DNA of 64,000 nucleotides from an uncultured Acidimicrobiaceae bacterium (GCA_963804305.1 CAWDPR010000004.1:121429-185428); one strand, 5' to 3'; shown: positions 8,318 through 17,943, numbered from the stretch's first letter. Notes: a model not told the origin generated them from the letters alone. Made by a program: numbers and translations.

Positions 8318-9262
8318 TCAGGTCGCCTTGAGGACCGCGACGACTCGTCGATTCTGAGCACGACCGGCGGCCGTGGCATTCGTCGAAACGACAACGACGC
8401 TGTAGCTCGGAACGATGGTAATGACGACACCGAGGTCACCGAGTGCGGTCAAGTCGGCGGTCAACTTGGCTTCCACCGCTTTGGCGCGATTCAAGTTGAG
8501 CGTCGTGTTGAACGCGGGCGTAAACACATTGTCGGTGTAGCCCGTCAAATTGACGGAGGTGAAGCGATTCTTCTTGATGGTCAATGCCATCGCCTGCACT
8601 TCCGCCTTCAACTTGGTCGAAAGCGAGAATGAACCTTCAGCGAAAGGAGCGATCGTCACGTTTTGATCCGCGGGCGGTTTGGGTGGCTGCGGCGGTTTCG
8701 ACACGATGTGGACCGGAGGAAGTGTCGTCGTCGTGGTGGTGGTAGTCGTCGTCGTGGTCGTGGTGGTAGTGGTCGTCGAGGTCGTCGTTGGTGGCGGAGG
8801 TGGGGGTGGAGGAGGTGGGGGCAACGTCGTTGTTGTTGTCGTCGTTGTTGTTGTTGTCGTCGTCGTTGTGGTTGTCGTGGTAGTGGTGGTCGTCGTTGTC
8901 GTCGTGGTGGTCGTCGGTGGCGGGCACCAGTTCCACCACCAGAAGGGAGGTCCTGGGGGTCCCTGGTCTCCGTGATCATGTGCGCTCATCACGTCGGGAT
9001 CCCATGGATCACACCGGTCTCGTGTTTGTGTCCCCGTGACGTGTACCGGGGTACGGGTCGTTGCATTGGAGGCGAGGGCCGGCGGGATCACGACGCTGAG
9101 GACGACGGCGGCGACCACGAGGATCACGAGGCGCGCCCGTTGGAGGGCGCGAAGTACCGTGCTCACACAGAATCTCAATGTCGTCGCGAATCGACCTTGC
9201 ATTACGCCTATCCCTAAGGAGGCGACGCGCTTCCTCCGCCCGCTGCCCAAGCTAAAAAACAA
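8318..9262 (-). CDS. OmpA/MotB-like peptidoglycan-binding protein with homopolymeric Thr and Pro tracts
   Basis: The C-terminus LTGYTDNV...LNLNRAKAV...GRAQNRRVVAVL matches the OmpA_C-like signature. Signal-anchor is RARLVILVVAAVVLSVVIPPALA. The true start may be an internal Met (about 9202). It ends 8 bp before the next gene's start. Confidence 0.75.
   Translation of the reverse strand: MFFSLGSGRRKRVASLGIGVMQGRFATTLRFCVSTVLRALQRARLVILVVAAVVLSVVIPPALASNATTRTPVHVTGTQTRDRCDPWDPDVMSAHDHGDQGPPGPPFWWWNWCPPPTTTTTTTTTTTTTTTTTTTTTTTTTTTTTTLPPPPPPPPPPPTTTSTTTTTTTTTTTTTTTTTTLPPVHIVSKPPQPPKPPADQNVTIAPFAEGSFSLSTKLKAEVQAMALTIKKNRFTSVNLTGYTDNVFTPAFNTTLNLNRAKAVEAKLTADLTALGDLGVVITIVPSYSVVVVSTNATAAGRAQNRRVVAVLKAT
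8720..8920 (-). repeat. Low-complexity codon repeats encoding T(27)-L-P(11)-T3-S-T(18)
   Basis: Runs of ACC/ACG/ACA and CCN codons are read directly from the sequence. They also create artefactual poly-V/poly-G ORFs on the opposite strand. Confidence 0.9.
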
Positions 9263-9534
9263 ATTTTGGTCAATATATCAACAACATCAGCACTTAGCGA
9301 AAGGAGTTCTCTCAGTTTTGTATCTCGGGTATGGAACTCGCGAGCCGGCGTAATACCTTATGAGGGTATTGATGTTGATGGAAACAGCACGTTTACCGGT
9401 TATCAAGCTCCCTGTGGAGCATCAACGAGACCACGCGCCAAGTCCGACGTCAATGATGGTCCGCACGACGCTCGACACCACCGCCATCCACGCAGTCGGT
9501 TGAACCAACTCATCGGGGTCGCGGCGCTGGACGC

Positions 9535-9936
9535 TCAGTGCGCGTGGCGTTGGGCTCGGAAGCGAGCTCGAAGGATCATGCGAAGCGTGATGAAGACGAC
9601 GACGATGACGAGATTGGCATTGACCGCTGGTATCCATCGGACCTTCTCATCCTTGACGACGTAGACCCCCACGGGCATGACCATTCCACCAAAACCGCCG
9701 CCCGACCCACTAGACGATTCAGCGCCATCATCTTCGTCCGTCGTGTCGGCATTGGCCTCGGGCACCTTTTCCTCGCCGGCACTGCTGGAACCGGCACTGC
9801 CCTCGCCGGCGCCCCCACCGCCAGTGACGAGCGCAACGGGAATCACCATCGACCCGTCCTTCTCGTACGCGCTACCAAAGGCCCGCGAGACCGAGAGATT
9901 CTGAGCCACTCTGTTCAATAGATCCTGTACGTCCAT
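9535..9936 (-). CDS. GerW/YtfJ-family protein with an added C-terminal TM helix
   Basis: The pattern FG.AYEKDG..VIPVALV.GGGGAGEG...(acidic/Gly linker)...GGGFGG...PVGVYVV.DEKV resembles YtfJ/GerW. Confidence 0.55.
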   Translation of the reverse strand: MDVQDLLNRVAQNLSVSRAFGSAYEKDGSMVIPVALVTGGGGAGEGSAGSSSAGEEKVPEANADTTDEDDGAESSSGSGGGFGGMVMPVGVYVVKDEKVRWIPAVNANLVIVVVFITLRMILRARFRAQRHAH

Positions 9937-10000
9937 GGTGCTCCATTCACTAGATGACCATTGGCCACCACACGACTGTACGGTGCGAAGCGAAGGACGT

Positions 10001-10474
10001 CTATTTGTCGAGTTCAGCGAGGACTTCGCCGATGATCTTGGTCATCTTGTGCGCCGGGAGCGGCTCGCCGCCCTCGGCCTCCGCCACTTCGCCAGAAAAG
10101 GCCGCGACCGACGGGTTGCCCCCGATCAGCACGTGGCGCAGTGCCTCGCCGCTCGCCTCAGAGTCGGTGACCTCATCGAGTGCCGCCGCGACATCGTGTT
10201 GTGGCGAGTCCGCCACGACGTGGACGACGTGCATCGCCTCCTCACGCCCCGATGCGGTCGACACCGATGGTGCACGGTCAGGATTCTGTTGCGCGTCCCA
10301 TTCGGCGAGCGCTTCGTTGTAACCACCCTCACCGGGGTGAAGGACACGAGAGGTTGGCACCTCTTCGCCACCGGCGACGTCGGTGCTCGCCACGGCGGCA
10401 TCCGCATCTTCGTGATGTCGTGTCTCGCGGACCGGGACGATCAGGCTTCCATCTGGGTTTCGTACGATTTCCAT
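10001..10474 (-). CDS. Hypothetical acidic protein
   Basis: Strong SD (AGAGGAG) lies 6 nt upstream of the ATG and codon usage looks coding. No family was recognised. Confidence 0.5.
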   Translation of the reverse strand: MEIVRNPDGSLIVPVRETRHHEDADAAVASTDVAGGEEVPTSRVLHPGEGGYNEALAEWDAQQNPDRAPSVSTASGREEAMHVVHVVADSPQHDVAAALDEVTDSEASGEALRHVLIGGNPSVAAFSGEVAEAEGGEPLPAHKMTKIIGEVLAELDK

Positions 10475-10660
10475 AGCAACTCCTCTTGAAGCACGGTGAC
10501 ACTCACCACCAACCTAAAGGGCTCGCGTCGAGGAGCAAACAACGTCGCGTTAACGGACCACGGTCAGCATCGTCGTACGCTGGAAAACGGGATTCAGGGT
10601 CCGTGGTCCGACGGACACGATCGAGGGCGGCGAAGAGAGCAACGTGTGAAACTAACGGTG

Positions 10661-11098
10661 ATGTTCGATCGGACCGTTGGTCGTCCGCTCTATCGACTCC
10701 ATGTACGGCTCTACCGACTCACTCGCGGAGTCATAGGACATCGAAGTCCGGTGGGGCCGATGCTGGTCATGACGGTGAAGGGACGCAAGACGGGGGCATC
10801 TCGCTCCGTCACGTTGCTCTACTACGAGACACGAGGCACGTACTATGTCGTGGGCTCGAACGGAGGTCGACCGCACCAACCCACGTGGCTTCTGAATGTT
10901 CGAGCGAACCCGATGGTGCACGTCCAGGTCGGCGCCGCTCGATTCGACGCGAACGCTCGTGAGTTAGCCCCGGAAGAACGTGCCAGCGTGTGGCCCGAAC
11001 TCACGGACTTCTACCCCGGATGGGCGCACTACGAGACACTGACCACACGCCCCATCTCGGTGATTGCTCTTGAGCCATTGCCCACCACCCCGCCCTAG
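10661..11098 (+). CDS. Deazaflavin (F420)-dependent nitroreductase family protein (DDN-like)
   Basis: MLVMTVKGRKTGASRSVTLLYYETRGTYYVVGSNGGRPHQPTWLLNVRANP is typical of the family. The start was chosen at the internal ATG 10661; the ORF extends up to 10496. Confidence 0.8.
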   Translation: MFDRTVGRPLYRLHVRLYRLTRGVIGHRSPVGPMLVMTVKGRKTGASRSVTLLYYETRGTYYVVGSNGGRPHQPTWLLNVRANPMVHVQVGAARFDANARELAPEERASVWPELTDFYPGWAHYETLTTRPISVIALEPLPTTPP

Positions 11099-11261
11099 TG
11101 CGGGCACACAGTTCCGAAGTGATCATTCCCTCTGCCAGTGAGAGGCTGTGGAAGCAACCGCTCGGTGACGATAACGTCGACGCAAAGCTCAATTGACCGG
11201 CTTCAGCGCGTCCGTGTGAGTTCATCGATCGAGCGTGCGACTGCACACGAAAGGACACACC

Positions 11262-12137
11262 ATGGCAACCACTGACTTGGGCGGCACGTTCACGATGGCC
11301 GAAGGAGTCACGGTCACCCGGATGGGCTACGGCGCCATGCAACTCGCCGGGCCCGGCGTCTTTGGGCCGCCGAAGGACCGCGATGAGGCGATCGCGGTGC
11401 TTCGAGAGGTCGTCGAACTCGGTATCACGCACATCGACACCAGCGACTTCTACGGTCCGTTCGTCACGAACGAACTGATTCGCGAGGCCCTGTCGCCGTA
11501 TCCAGAAGACCTCGTCATCGTGACCAAGGTCGGCGCCCGTCGAGATGACGCCGGGAACTGGCACCACGCCCGCACACCCGACGAGATTCGTAGCGCGGTG
11601 CACGACAACCTCGATCACCTCGGACTCGACGTCCTCGACGTCGTGAACCTCCGCTTCGGCGGATTCGCCCAAGCGGAGCCCGAGTCACTCGAAGAGCAAT
11701 TCGTGGCGCTCGCGGAGATGCAACAGCTTGGACTCATCCGCCACCTCGGGGTGAGCACGGTCAACGCGGAACAGATCGCCGAAGCGCAGTCGATCGCCCC
11801 CGTCGTGTGCGTCCAGAACTTCTACAACCTCGCCCATCGAACCGACGACGAGTTGATCGCTTCCCTTCACGCGCAGGGCATCGGCTACGTGCCGTACTTC
11901 CCACTCGGCGGTTTCACGCCGCTGCAGTCCGAAGCCCTCCACGAGGTGGCCGCTCGGATCGGCGAACCATCGATGACGGTGGCGATTGCCTGGCTACTGC
12001 AACGTTCACCCAACATCCTCTTGATCCCCGGCACGTCGACGCGCATCCATCTCCGCGAGAACGTCGCCGGCGCGACGTTGACGCTCTCCGAGGATGACGT
12101 GGCCCTCCTCGACTCCATCACCCCCGCTGGGGACTAA
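11262..12137 (+). CDS. Aldo/keto reductase
   Basis: GYGAMQLAGPGVFG...ITHIDTSDFYGP...LGVS are AKR motifs. SD GAAAGGA lies 6 nt before ATG 11262. Confidence 0.85.
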   Translation: MATTDLGGTFTMAEGVTVTRMGYGAMQLAGPGVFGPPKDRDEAIAVLREVVELGITHIDTSDFYGPFVTNELIREALSPYPEDLVIVTKVGARRDDAGNWHHARTPDEIRSAVHDNLDHLGLDVLDVVNLRFGGFAQAEPESLEEQFVALAEMQQLGLIRHLGVSTVNAEQIAEAQSIAPVVCVQNFYNLAHRTDDELIASLHAQGIGYVPYFPLGGFTPLQSEALHEVAARIGEPSMTVAIAWLLQRSPNILLIPGTSTRIHLRENVAGATLTLSEDDVALLDSITPAGD

Positions 12138-12148
12138 GGACCCGCAAC

Positions 12149-13084
12149 CTACGCGAGAAGTTTCGCGTAGTACGAATCACCATCGAGATCTTCAAGGAGC
12201 CCGGGGTGACTGGGGGTCCAATTCAGCAGCTCGCGCGTCAACCGGTTCGACGCCGGGCTATCGAGCGCGAGGAGCGACGCGAGCCACGTGAAGTGCGCCG
12301 CGGCGTCCTCGGGAGCGATTGAGACCACCGGCACGTCGAGGTGGCGGCCGATGACCTCGGCGACGTCTCGAATCGCCACCCCTTCCTCACCCGTCGCGTG
12401 CAAGGTCGTTCCCGCCGGGGCATTCTCCAGGGCCAGTCGGAAGAGTTTCGCGGCGTCGAATCGGTGGATCGCGGGCCATCGGTTCTCGCCGTTGCCGATG
12501 TAGCCTGAGACGCCCGTGGCTCGAGCCACCGCGACGATGGTCGCCATGAAACCGTTGTCACCATCGCCGTGAACGGTCGGAGCCAGACGCATGATCGACG
12601 ACCGAACTCCGCGCGACGAAAGCCCGAGCGTGATCTCGGCATTTACGTGGCGGGGCGACGGGCTCGTCACCCCGTGCGTGACGGATGTATCGATACCGTG
12701 ACCGTCCCCTTCAGTCGCCACCTGACCGGGCGTCAGCCCGAGCACACCCGAGGCGATCACGAACGGGCGGTCCGAACCGGCTAGGGCGTCGCCGAAGGCT
12801 TCGATGGCGCGTCGATCGGCGTCGGTCGCACCCTGGAAGTCACCCGAGAAGGCGAGATCGTGCTTGAAGGCGAGATGGATCACACCGTCAGACGCCAGGG
12901 CTCCTTCGCGCAGCGTGTCGAGGTCGTCGACCGAACCGCGCAACACTTCGGCGCCCGCGGCGGCGACGGTCGCGGCCGCATCATCGGAGCGGGCGAGGCC
13001 GACGATTTGATGTCCCGCGGCGAGTAGTTCCGGCATCACGGCTCGTCCGATCCATCCCGATGCCCCTGTCACAAATACTTTCAT
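12149..13084 (-). CDS. NAD(P)H-binding SDR / NmrA-like oxidoreductase
   Basis: The N-terminus MKVFVTGASGWIGRAV is a Rossmann GxxGxxG motif. It is divergent from a TetR gene. Confidence 0.8.
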   Translation of the reverse strand: MKVFVTGASGWIGRAVMPELLAAGHQIVGLARSDDAAATVAAAGAEVLRGSVDDLDTLREGALASDGVIHLAFKHDLAFSGDFQGATDADRRAIEAFGDALAGSDRPFVIASGVLGLTPGQVATEGDGHGIDTSVTHGVTSPSPRHVNAEITLGLSSRGVRSSIMRLAPTVHGDGDNGFMATIVAVARATGVSGYIGNGENRWPAIHRFDAAKLFRLALENAPAGTTLHATGEEGVAIRDVAEVIGRHLDVPVVSIAPEDAAAHFTWLASLLALDSPASNRLTRELLNWTPSHPGLLEDLDGDSYYAKLLA

Positions 13085-13129
13085 GGCTCTCTCCTTCACG
13101 TACGAGGTCGCCCCGCGACTGCACCACTC

Positions 13130-13180
13130 TGATGTCAGTTTCTGTCATCACTATAGCGATGATGTCAGTGACTGTCAACA
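13130..13180. promoter_or_regulatory. Two tandem 21-bp imperfect palindromes (candidate TetR operators)
   Basis: TGATGTCAG-ttt-CTGTCATCA lies at 13130-13150 and TGATGTCAG-tga-CTGTCAACA at 13160-13180, 30 bp centre to centre. Both sit in the SDR/TetR divergent region. Confidence 0.5.
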
Positions 13181-13764
13181 CGAACTACGATGACGTGGTG
13201 ACGAGATGGCAGCCGGACAGTCGTGGACGACTCGGGCTCGCGGCGCTCGATCTCTTCAGCGAACAGGGTTTTGATGAGACCACGGTGGCGCAGATCGCGC
13301 AACGCGCCGGTCTGACCGAACGGACGTTCTTTCGCCTCTTCACGGACAAGCGTGATGTGCTGTTCAGTGGCGCAGAGGCCCTGCAAGACCTCCTCGTCGA
13401 TGCAGTCAGGAATGCCCCCGCGACCGCTTCGCCCATCGAGGCGGCGTTGTTGGCCCTCGACGGTGCCGCTGCGCTTCTCGACGAACGCCGGGAGTTCGCG
13501 CGACGGCGCCACGCCATCATCGCCGCGAGTGGCGAATTGCGAGAGCGTGAACTGATCAAGCTCGCGTCGCTCTCAGCGGCGATTGCCGCGGCGTTGCGCG
13601 AGAAAGGGGTCCTCGAGCCCACCGCCAGCCTCACGGGCGAGGTGGCGATCACCGTCTTCAAGGTCGGCTTCGAGCGCTGGGTCGTCCAGAAGGGGCGACG
13701 ATCGCTCACCGAGTTGATGCGAGACTCCTACCAGGATCTCCAGGCCGTGACCGCTTTGAACTAG
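13159..13764 (+). CDS. TetR/AcrR family transcriptional regulator
   Basis: The HTH is LAALDLFSEQGFDETTVAQIAQRAGLTERTFFRLF. The start is uncertain, with in-frame ATGs at 13132, 13159 and 13162. Confidence 0.8.
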   Translation: MMSVTVNTNYDDVVTRWQPDSRGRLGLAALDLFSEQGFDETTVAQIAQRAGLTERTFFRLFTDKRDVLFSGAEALQDLLVDAVRNAPATASPIEAALLALDGAAALLDERREFARRRHAIIAASGELRERELIKLASLSAAIAAALREKGVLEPTASLTGEVAITVFKVGFERWVVQKGRRSLTELMRDSYQDLQAVTALN

Positions 13765-14048
13765 AGCGCGATACCGAGACTGATCGTCACGACGTCACCG
13801 ACGCTGATGCCTTCGGCGGTGCGTACCGACGCTTTGAGCGGCACGACGTACGCGCCGTCCTTCGCGAATAACGACGTCGTGAACCGCGTCGTCCCGATTC
13901 GCGCATCGACGGGAATCATGCCCCAGCCATAGGTGACCAGCGCAGCGGTGGACTCGATCTCGGCGCTTTCCTCCTCCGGTACCGCGACGAAATAAAACGG
14001 AGAAGGTCCGCGCCACTCGAAGACGTCACCGCTGAACTCGAATTCCAC
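13761..14048 (-). CDS. DUF1905 domain protein
   Basis: W.GPSPFYFVAVPEE...YGWGMIPV.ARIG...FTTSLF.KDG.YVVPLK resembles DUF1905/YdeI-N. Confidence 0.65.
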   Translation of the reverse strand: MEFEFSGDVFEWRGPSPFYFVAVPEEESAEIESTAALVTYGWGMIPVDARIGTTRFTTSLFAKDGAYVVPLKASVRTAEGISVGDVVTISLGIAL

Positions 14049-14098
14049 GACGTCAATTTATGTGATGGCACTGACGTGAACGTCGACGCTGCGTTGCG

Positions 14099-15010
14099 CT
14101 AGTGCGCGAGCCCTTGTTTCGAGTCGGCGCTTTCGACACCGGGGCTGAGACAGACCTTTTGGGGCACTTGTTTGGTGAGACTGCAGATGTCGGCCGTGAG
14201 CTGGTTTGAGGTCGCGAGTATCGACTGCGTCACGGCATTACTGTGATCACTCAAGTTGCTGGCGATCTTCGCGGCCTTCAGTCCGGCCAACAGCGCCGGG
14301 CTGAAACTCGAACCGACCTGCAGGAATCGGTTGCCAAAGTCGACGAAGGGGATGGAACCGGCCGTTATCCCCGGCACGAACTTGGGTGTGTCGTATTTGT
14401 TGACGAGGGTTGTCTGTGATTTCGAAAGCGACATGAGCGGCTGATGATTCACATTTTCGAGCTCGACCGCGGTGAAGTTCACGTAGGGCGACGTGAACAC
14501 GGCGCCAAGGAAATCCAGCGTCGCGGTCTTGGGGTAGATATCGCTCGAGGAGGAGGCGATCGTACTCAAGCCTTGAAACGTCCCGAATCGCAAGAGGGCG
14601 ATGGCGAGCGACCATCGTTCAGCGGCGCAATAGGGGCAGAACTCCGCGCCCGCGTAGAAGACCTCGGGCTTGGCGTTCGTGCGCAAGACCAACTGACCCT
14701 TCACGTGCACGGGAGGTGCGATCGATGAAGCACCAATGGCGTTGAATTCGCTCGCCGGGATGCTCGAGATGTCGTGAAGGATGACGGCGGAGGCGGGGGT
14801 CGGCGACGTGCTAGCGGCGCCCGAAGGAGCGGCGGCCATCACGGTCGCGCCCCCCACGAGGAACAGCACGAGGGCCAACCTCGCCGGTACCAAGGATCGG
14901 TGCAGCGGTCGACCCGGTGAACTCACCGCCGGGGCGACCGGACGTCGCCACGCGCGAGGACTCTTCACGAATTCAAGTGTGTCACAAGCGGACAGGCCAT
15001 TGAGTGGCAC
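14099..15010 (-). CDS. DUF929 family secreted/anchored protein with a CPYC (thioredoxin-like CxxC) motif
   Basis: TM/signal is [21 protein letters not shown]. The motif is [25 protein letters not shown]. The start is uncertain. Confidence 0.65.
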   Translation of the reverse strand: MPLNGLSACDTLEFVKSPRAWRRPVAPAVSSPGRPLHRSLVPARLALVLFLVGGATVMAAAPSGAASTSPTPASAVILHDISSIPASEFNAIGASSIAPPVHVKGQLVLRTNAKPEVFYAGAEFCPYCAAERWSLAIALLRFGTFQGLSTIASSSSDIYPKTATLDFLGAVFTSPYVNFTAVELENVNHQPLMSLSKSQTTLVNKYDTPKFVPGITAGSIPFVDFGNRFLQVGSSFSPALLAGLKAAKIASNLSDHSNAVTQSILATSNQLTADICSLTKQVPQKVCLSPGVESADSKQGLAH

Positions 15011-15120
15011 TACGCACGTCCGATGCCGACAGCGACGTCTGTAACGAAAATCATCGTCGTCAGTACCATTATGAAGACGTTCTTGAAAGACGAATGAGTG
15101 CCGCGACAGAAGGAGTTTGC

Positions 15121-15594
15121 ATGAGTAAGACCTACGAGAAGAACCAGTCCGCGATCGAAAAACTGAGTCCGCACCAGTTCGAGGTCACCCAACACAGCGC
15201 CACCGAGCCGGCATTTCGCAACGAGTTCTGGGACCACAAGGAAGCGGGTCTCTACGTCGACATCGTCTCGGGCGAGCCGCTGTTCACCTCAACGAAGAAG
15301 TTCGACAGCGGATGCGGTTGGCCCAGTTTCACGACGCCGATCGTGAAGGAGAACGTGGTCGAGATCGTCGACCGGAGCCACGGCATGGTGCGCACTGAAG
15401 TTCGTTCCAGCCACGGCGACAGCCACCTCGGTCACGTGTTCAACGATGGCCCCAAGGACGAAGGCGGTCTGCGCTACTGCATCAACTCCGCGGCCCTCCG
15501 ATTCATCCCTTACGCTGACCTCGAAGCCGAGGGGTACGGCGAGTACCGCAGTCTCATCGACGGGACCGCATCGACCGAGGAGGTCGCGCAATGA
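15121..15594 (+). CDS. msrB: Peptide-methionine (R)-S-oxide reductase
   Basis: [25 protein letters not shown] ... [10 protein letters not shown]...RYCINS. SD GAAGGAG lies 6 nt before the ATG. Confidence 0.92.
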   Translation: MSKTYEKNQSAIEKLSPHQFEVTQHSATEPAFRNEFWDHKEAGLYVDIVSGEPLFTSTKKFDSGCGWPSFTTPIVKENVVEIVDRSHGMVRTEVRSSHGDSHLGHVFNDGPKDEGGLRYCINSAALRFIPYADLEAEGYGEYRSLIDGTASTEEVAQ

Positions 15595-16112
15595 CCGAGA
15601 ACACCGAGACCGCCATTCTCGCCGGAGGTTGCTTCTGGGGGATGCAGGACCTCATCAGGAAGCGACCGGGCGTCGTCGCCACTCGCGTGGGCTATTCGGG
15701 GGGTGACGTGGCCAACGCCACATATCGCCATCACGGTACCCACGCCGAGGCGATCGAGATCGTGTTCGATCCGTCCGTGACGTCGTACCGCGACATCCTC
15801 GCCTTCTTCTTCCAGATCCACGACCCCACGACGAAGGATCGCCAAGGCAACGATCGCGGCACGAGCTATCGCTCCGCCATCTACTTCACCAGTGAGCAGC
15901 AACACCAGACCGCGCTTGACGTGATCGCCGACGTCGAGGCGTCGGGGCTCTGGCCGGGCAAGGTCGTCACGGAAGTGGAGCCGGCCGGACCCTTCTGGGA
16001 GGCCGAACCCGAGCATCAGGATTACCTCTTGCACTATCCCAACGGTTATACCTGTCACTTCCCCCGGCCCAATTGGGTTCTCCCCCACCGCAGCGACAAA
16101 GTCGAGGCGTAG
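15591..16112 (+). CDS. msrA: Peptide-methionine (S)-S-oxide reductase
   Basis: [13 protein letters not shown] ... GYSGG...NATY ... [11 protein letters not shown]. It shares an ATGA overlap with msrB. Confidence 0.92.
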   Translation: MTENTETAILAGGCFWGMQDLIRKRPGVVATRVGYSGGDVANATYRHHGTHAEAIEIVFDPSVTSYRDILAFFFQIHDPTTKDRQGNDRGTSYRSAIYFTSEQQHQTALDVIADVEASGLWPGKVVTEVEPAGPFWEAEPEHQDYLLHYPNGYTCHFPRPNWVLPHRSDKVEA

Positions 16113-16127
16113 CCAAGCACCAGGTCG

Positions 16128-17018
16128 TTGACGTCACGAGCGGCCTCCGGTCGTGACGTCAACGACGCGGCACCGGGCCAGTACGGTTGGCCCGTGCGTC
16201 GATTCAGCCAAGTGGACGTGTTCACCAACGAATTCCTCATGGGCAACCCGGTCGCGGTCGTGCATGATGCAGATGACGTCAACGCCGACGACATGGCCGC
16301 GATGGCGCGGTGGACCAATCTCTCTGAGACCACGTTCCTCCTCACGCCGAGCGACCCCAGCGCCGACTACGCGCTGCGGATCTTCACACCCACCACCGAA
16401 CTCCCCTTCGCCGGACATCCCACCCTCGGGACGGCTCGGGCGTGGCTCGAAGCAGGCGGCGTGCCGCGACGTGCCAACGAGCTCGTCCAGGAGTGCGGCG
16501 CCGGACTGATACGGCTACGCCAGCGCGGATCGACGTTGGCCTTCGCCGCACCTCCCCTGCTGCGCACGGGCGCGGTCGATCCCTCTGATGTTCGCGACAT
16601 AGCACGTGCGCTACAGATCTCGACGAGTGACATCGTCGAAGCGCAATGGGTCGACAACGGTCCCGGTTGGGTCGCGGTCATGCTGCGCGACGCCGATGCC
16701 GTGCTCGCACTCGAGGTCGATCGCGAGAGGATCGGTCACTGGCGCATTGGCGCGATAGGTGGCTATCCACGCGGCTCAGAGTGCGACTATGAACTTCGCG
16801 CCTTCATGGCCGGTGGCGTCGAGGACCCCGTGACGGGCAGTCTCAATGCGTCCGTAGCCCAGTGGCTCCTTGGTGCCGGCGTGGTCACGTCGGGCTACAC
16901 GGTATCCCAAGGCACGCGACTGCAGCGACGCGGACGTATCACCATCGAGCAGGAAGATGCTGACATCTGGGTCGCCGGCGAGACCGTGCTTGGCATCAGC
17001 GGCGCCGTCGCGCTCTAG
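16128..17018 (+). CDS. PhzF family isomerase-like protein
   Basis: RRFSQVDVFT...GNPVAVV...SETTFL...IFTP..ELPFAGHPTLG. A GTG at 16194 is an equally plausible start. Confidence 0.8.
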   Translation: MTSRAASGRDVNDAAPGQYGWPVRRFSQVDVFTNEFLMGNPVAVVHDADDVNADDMAAMARWTNLSETTFLLTPSDPSADYALRIFTPTTELPFAGHPTLGTARAWLEAGGVPRRANELVQECGAGLIRLRQRGSTLAFAAPPLLRTGAVDPSDVRDIARALQISTSDIVEAQWVDNGPGWVAVMLRDADAVLALEVDRERIGHWRIGAIGGYPRGSECDYELRAFMAGGVEDPVTGSLNASVAQWLLGAGVVTSGYTVSQGTRLQRRGRITIEQEDADIWVAGETVLGISGAVAL

Positions 17019-17071
17019 AACCTCGAGCCGGTCAACGGTTGGCTCATTCCGAAACCGTGAGAGGGATCGCG

Positions 17072-17839
17072 CTAGACCGCCGTGAGTCCTCCGTCGACGA
17101 CGAGCGTGGTGCCGGTCACGTAGTCGGCAGCCGAGCTGACGAGAAAGATCAAGGCGGCGGCGAGTTCGTCGGGCACGCCCGCACGGCCTGAGGGGATCCG
17201 GTCGAACCAACTCTCGATGTAGCCTTCGGGGAACTGGTCAGTCATCTCGGAAGGGAAGAACCCGGGCGCCAAGGCGTTCACTCGAATCCCCTTGCGGCCG
17301 GTCCACTGGACCGCGAGATCGCGGGTGAGACCTATGAGCCCCGCCTTGCTCGAGGAGTACGCCGCCTGGGGAAGTCCGCCGCTCGCCAGCGCCACGACGC
17401 TCGACACGTTCACGATCGAACTGCCCGGTTGCATGACGCGCCCGCAGGCTTGGGCCATCCAGTAACTCCCGTTGAGGTTGATATCGATCACCTCACGGAA
17501 CTGTTCGGGTGTTTCACGGGTGGCGGGAACGGCGGTGCCAATGCCGGCGTTGTTGACGAGGATGTCCACGTGATCGAACGCCCTCATTGCCGCGTCGACG
17601 ACGACCTGGGCGTCCTCGGGTCGGGCAACATCGGCGGTCACCACGAGGGCGCGCTTACCGAGACCCTCCACCATGGCCCGAGTCTCATCCAGGCGATTCG
17701 TCCGTCGACCGGTGAGCACGACGTCCGCGCCCGCCTCCGCGAGAGCCCGAACGAACGCGACACCGAGTCCTGATGAAGCACCGGTGACGATGGCCACCTT
17801 CCCGTCGAGGTGGAACCGGTCCAGGATGGATGTGGTCAT
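17072..17839 (-). CDS. SDR family oxidoreductase (FabG-like)
   Basis: KVAIVTGASSGLG ... NNAG ... YSSSK. The start at ATG 17839 has SD GGAAG; the longer ORF up to 18457 is an upstream extension. Confidence 0.88.
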   Translation of the reverse strand: MTTSILDRFHLDGKVAIVTGASSGLGVAFVRALAEAGADVVLTGRRTNRLDETRAMVEGLGKRALVVTADVARPEDAQVVVDAAMRAFDHVDILVNNAGIGTAVPATRETPEQFREVIDINLNGSYWMAQACGRVMQPGSSIVNVSSVVALASGGLPQAAYSSSKAGLIGLTRDLAVQWTGRKGIRVNALAPGFFPSEMTDQFPEGYIESWFDRIPSGRAGVPDELAAALIFLVSSAADYVTGTTLVVDGGLTAV

Positions 17840-17943
17840 GATCACTTCCTTTCGAAGATCACCTTCGGCACAAAGGTGGATACAACTCCTATCACGAGTG
17901 GGCGGGGCGCACGTACTCCCGCTGCGTAACCGCACGCCGGAGG

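Noticed and set aside
8637-9217. Several ORFs on both strands (poly-V/poly-G, Arg-rich, His/Asp-rich) and a repeat-like appearance that could suggest a CRISPR or microsatellite array
   Set aside because: All of them are alternative-frame readings of the Thr/Pro homopolymer linker of the OmpA-like gene. There is no repeat-spacer periodicity.
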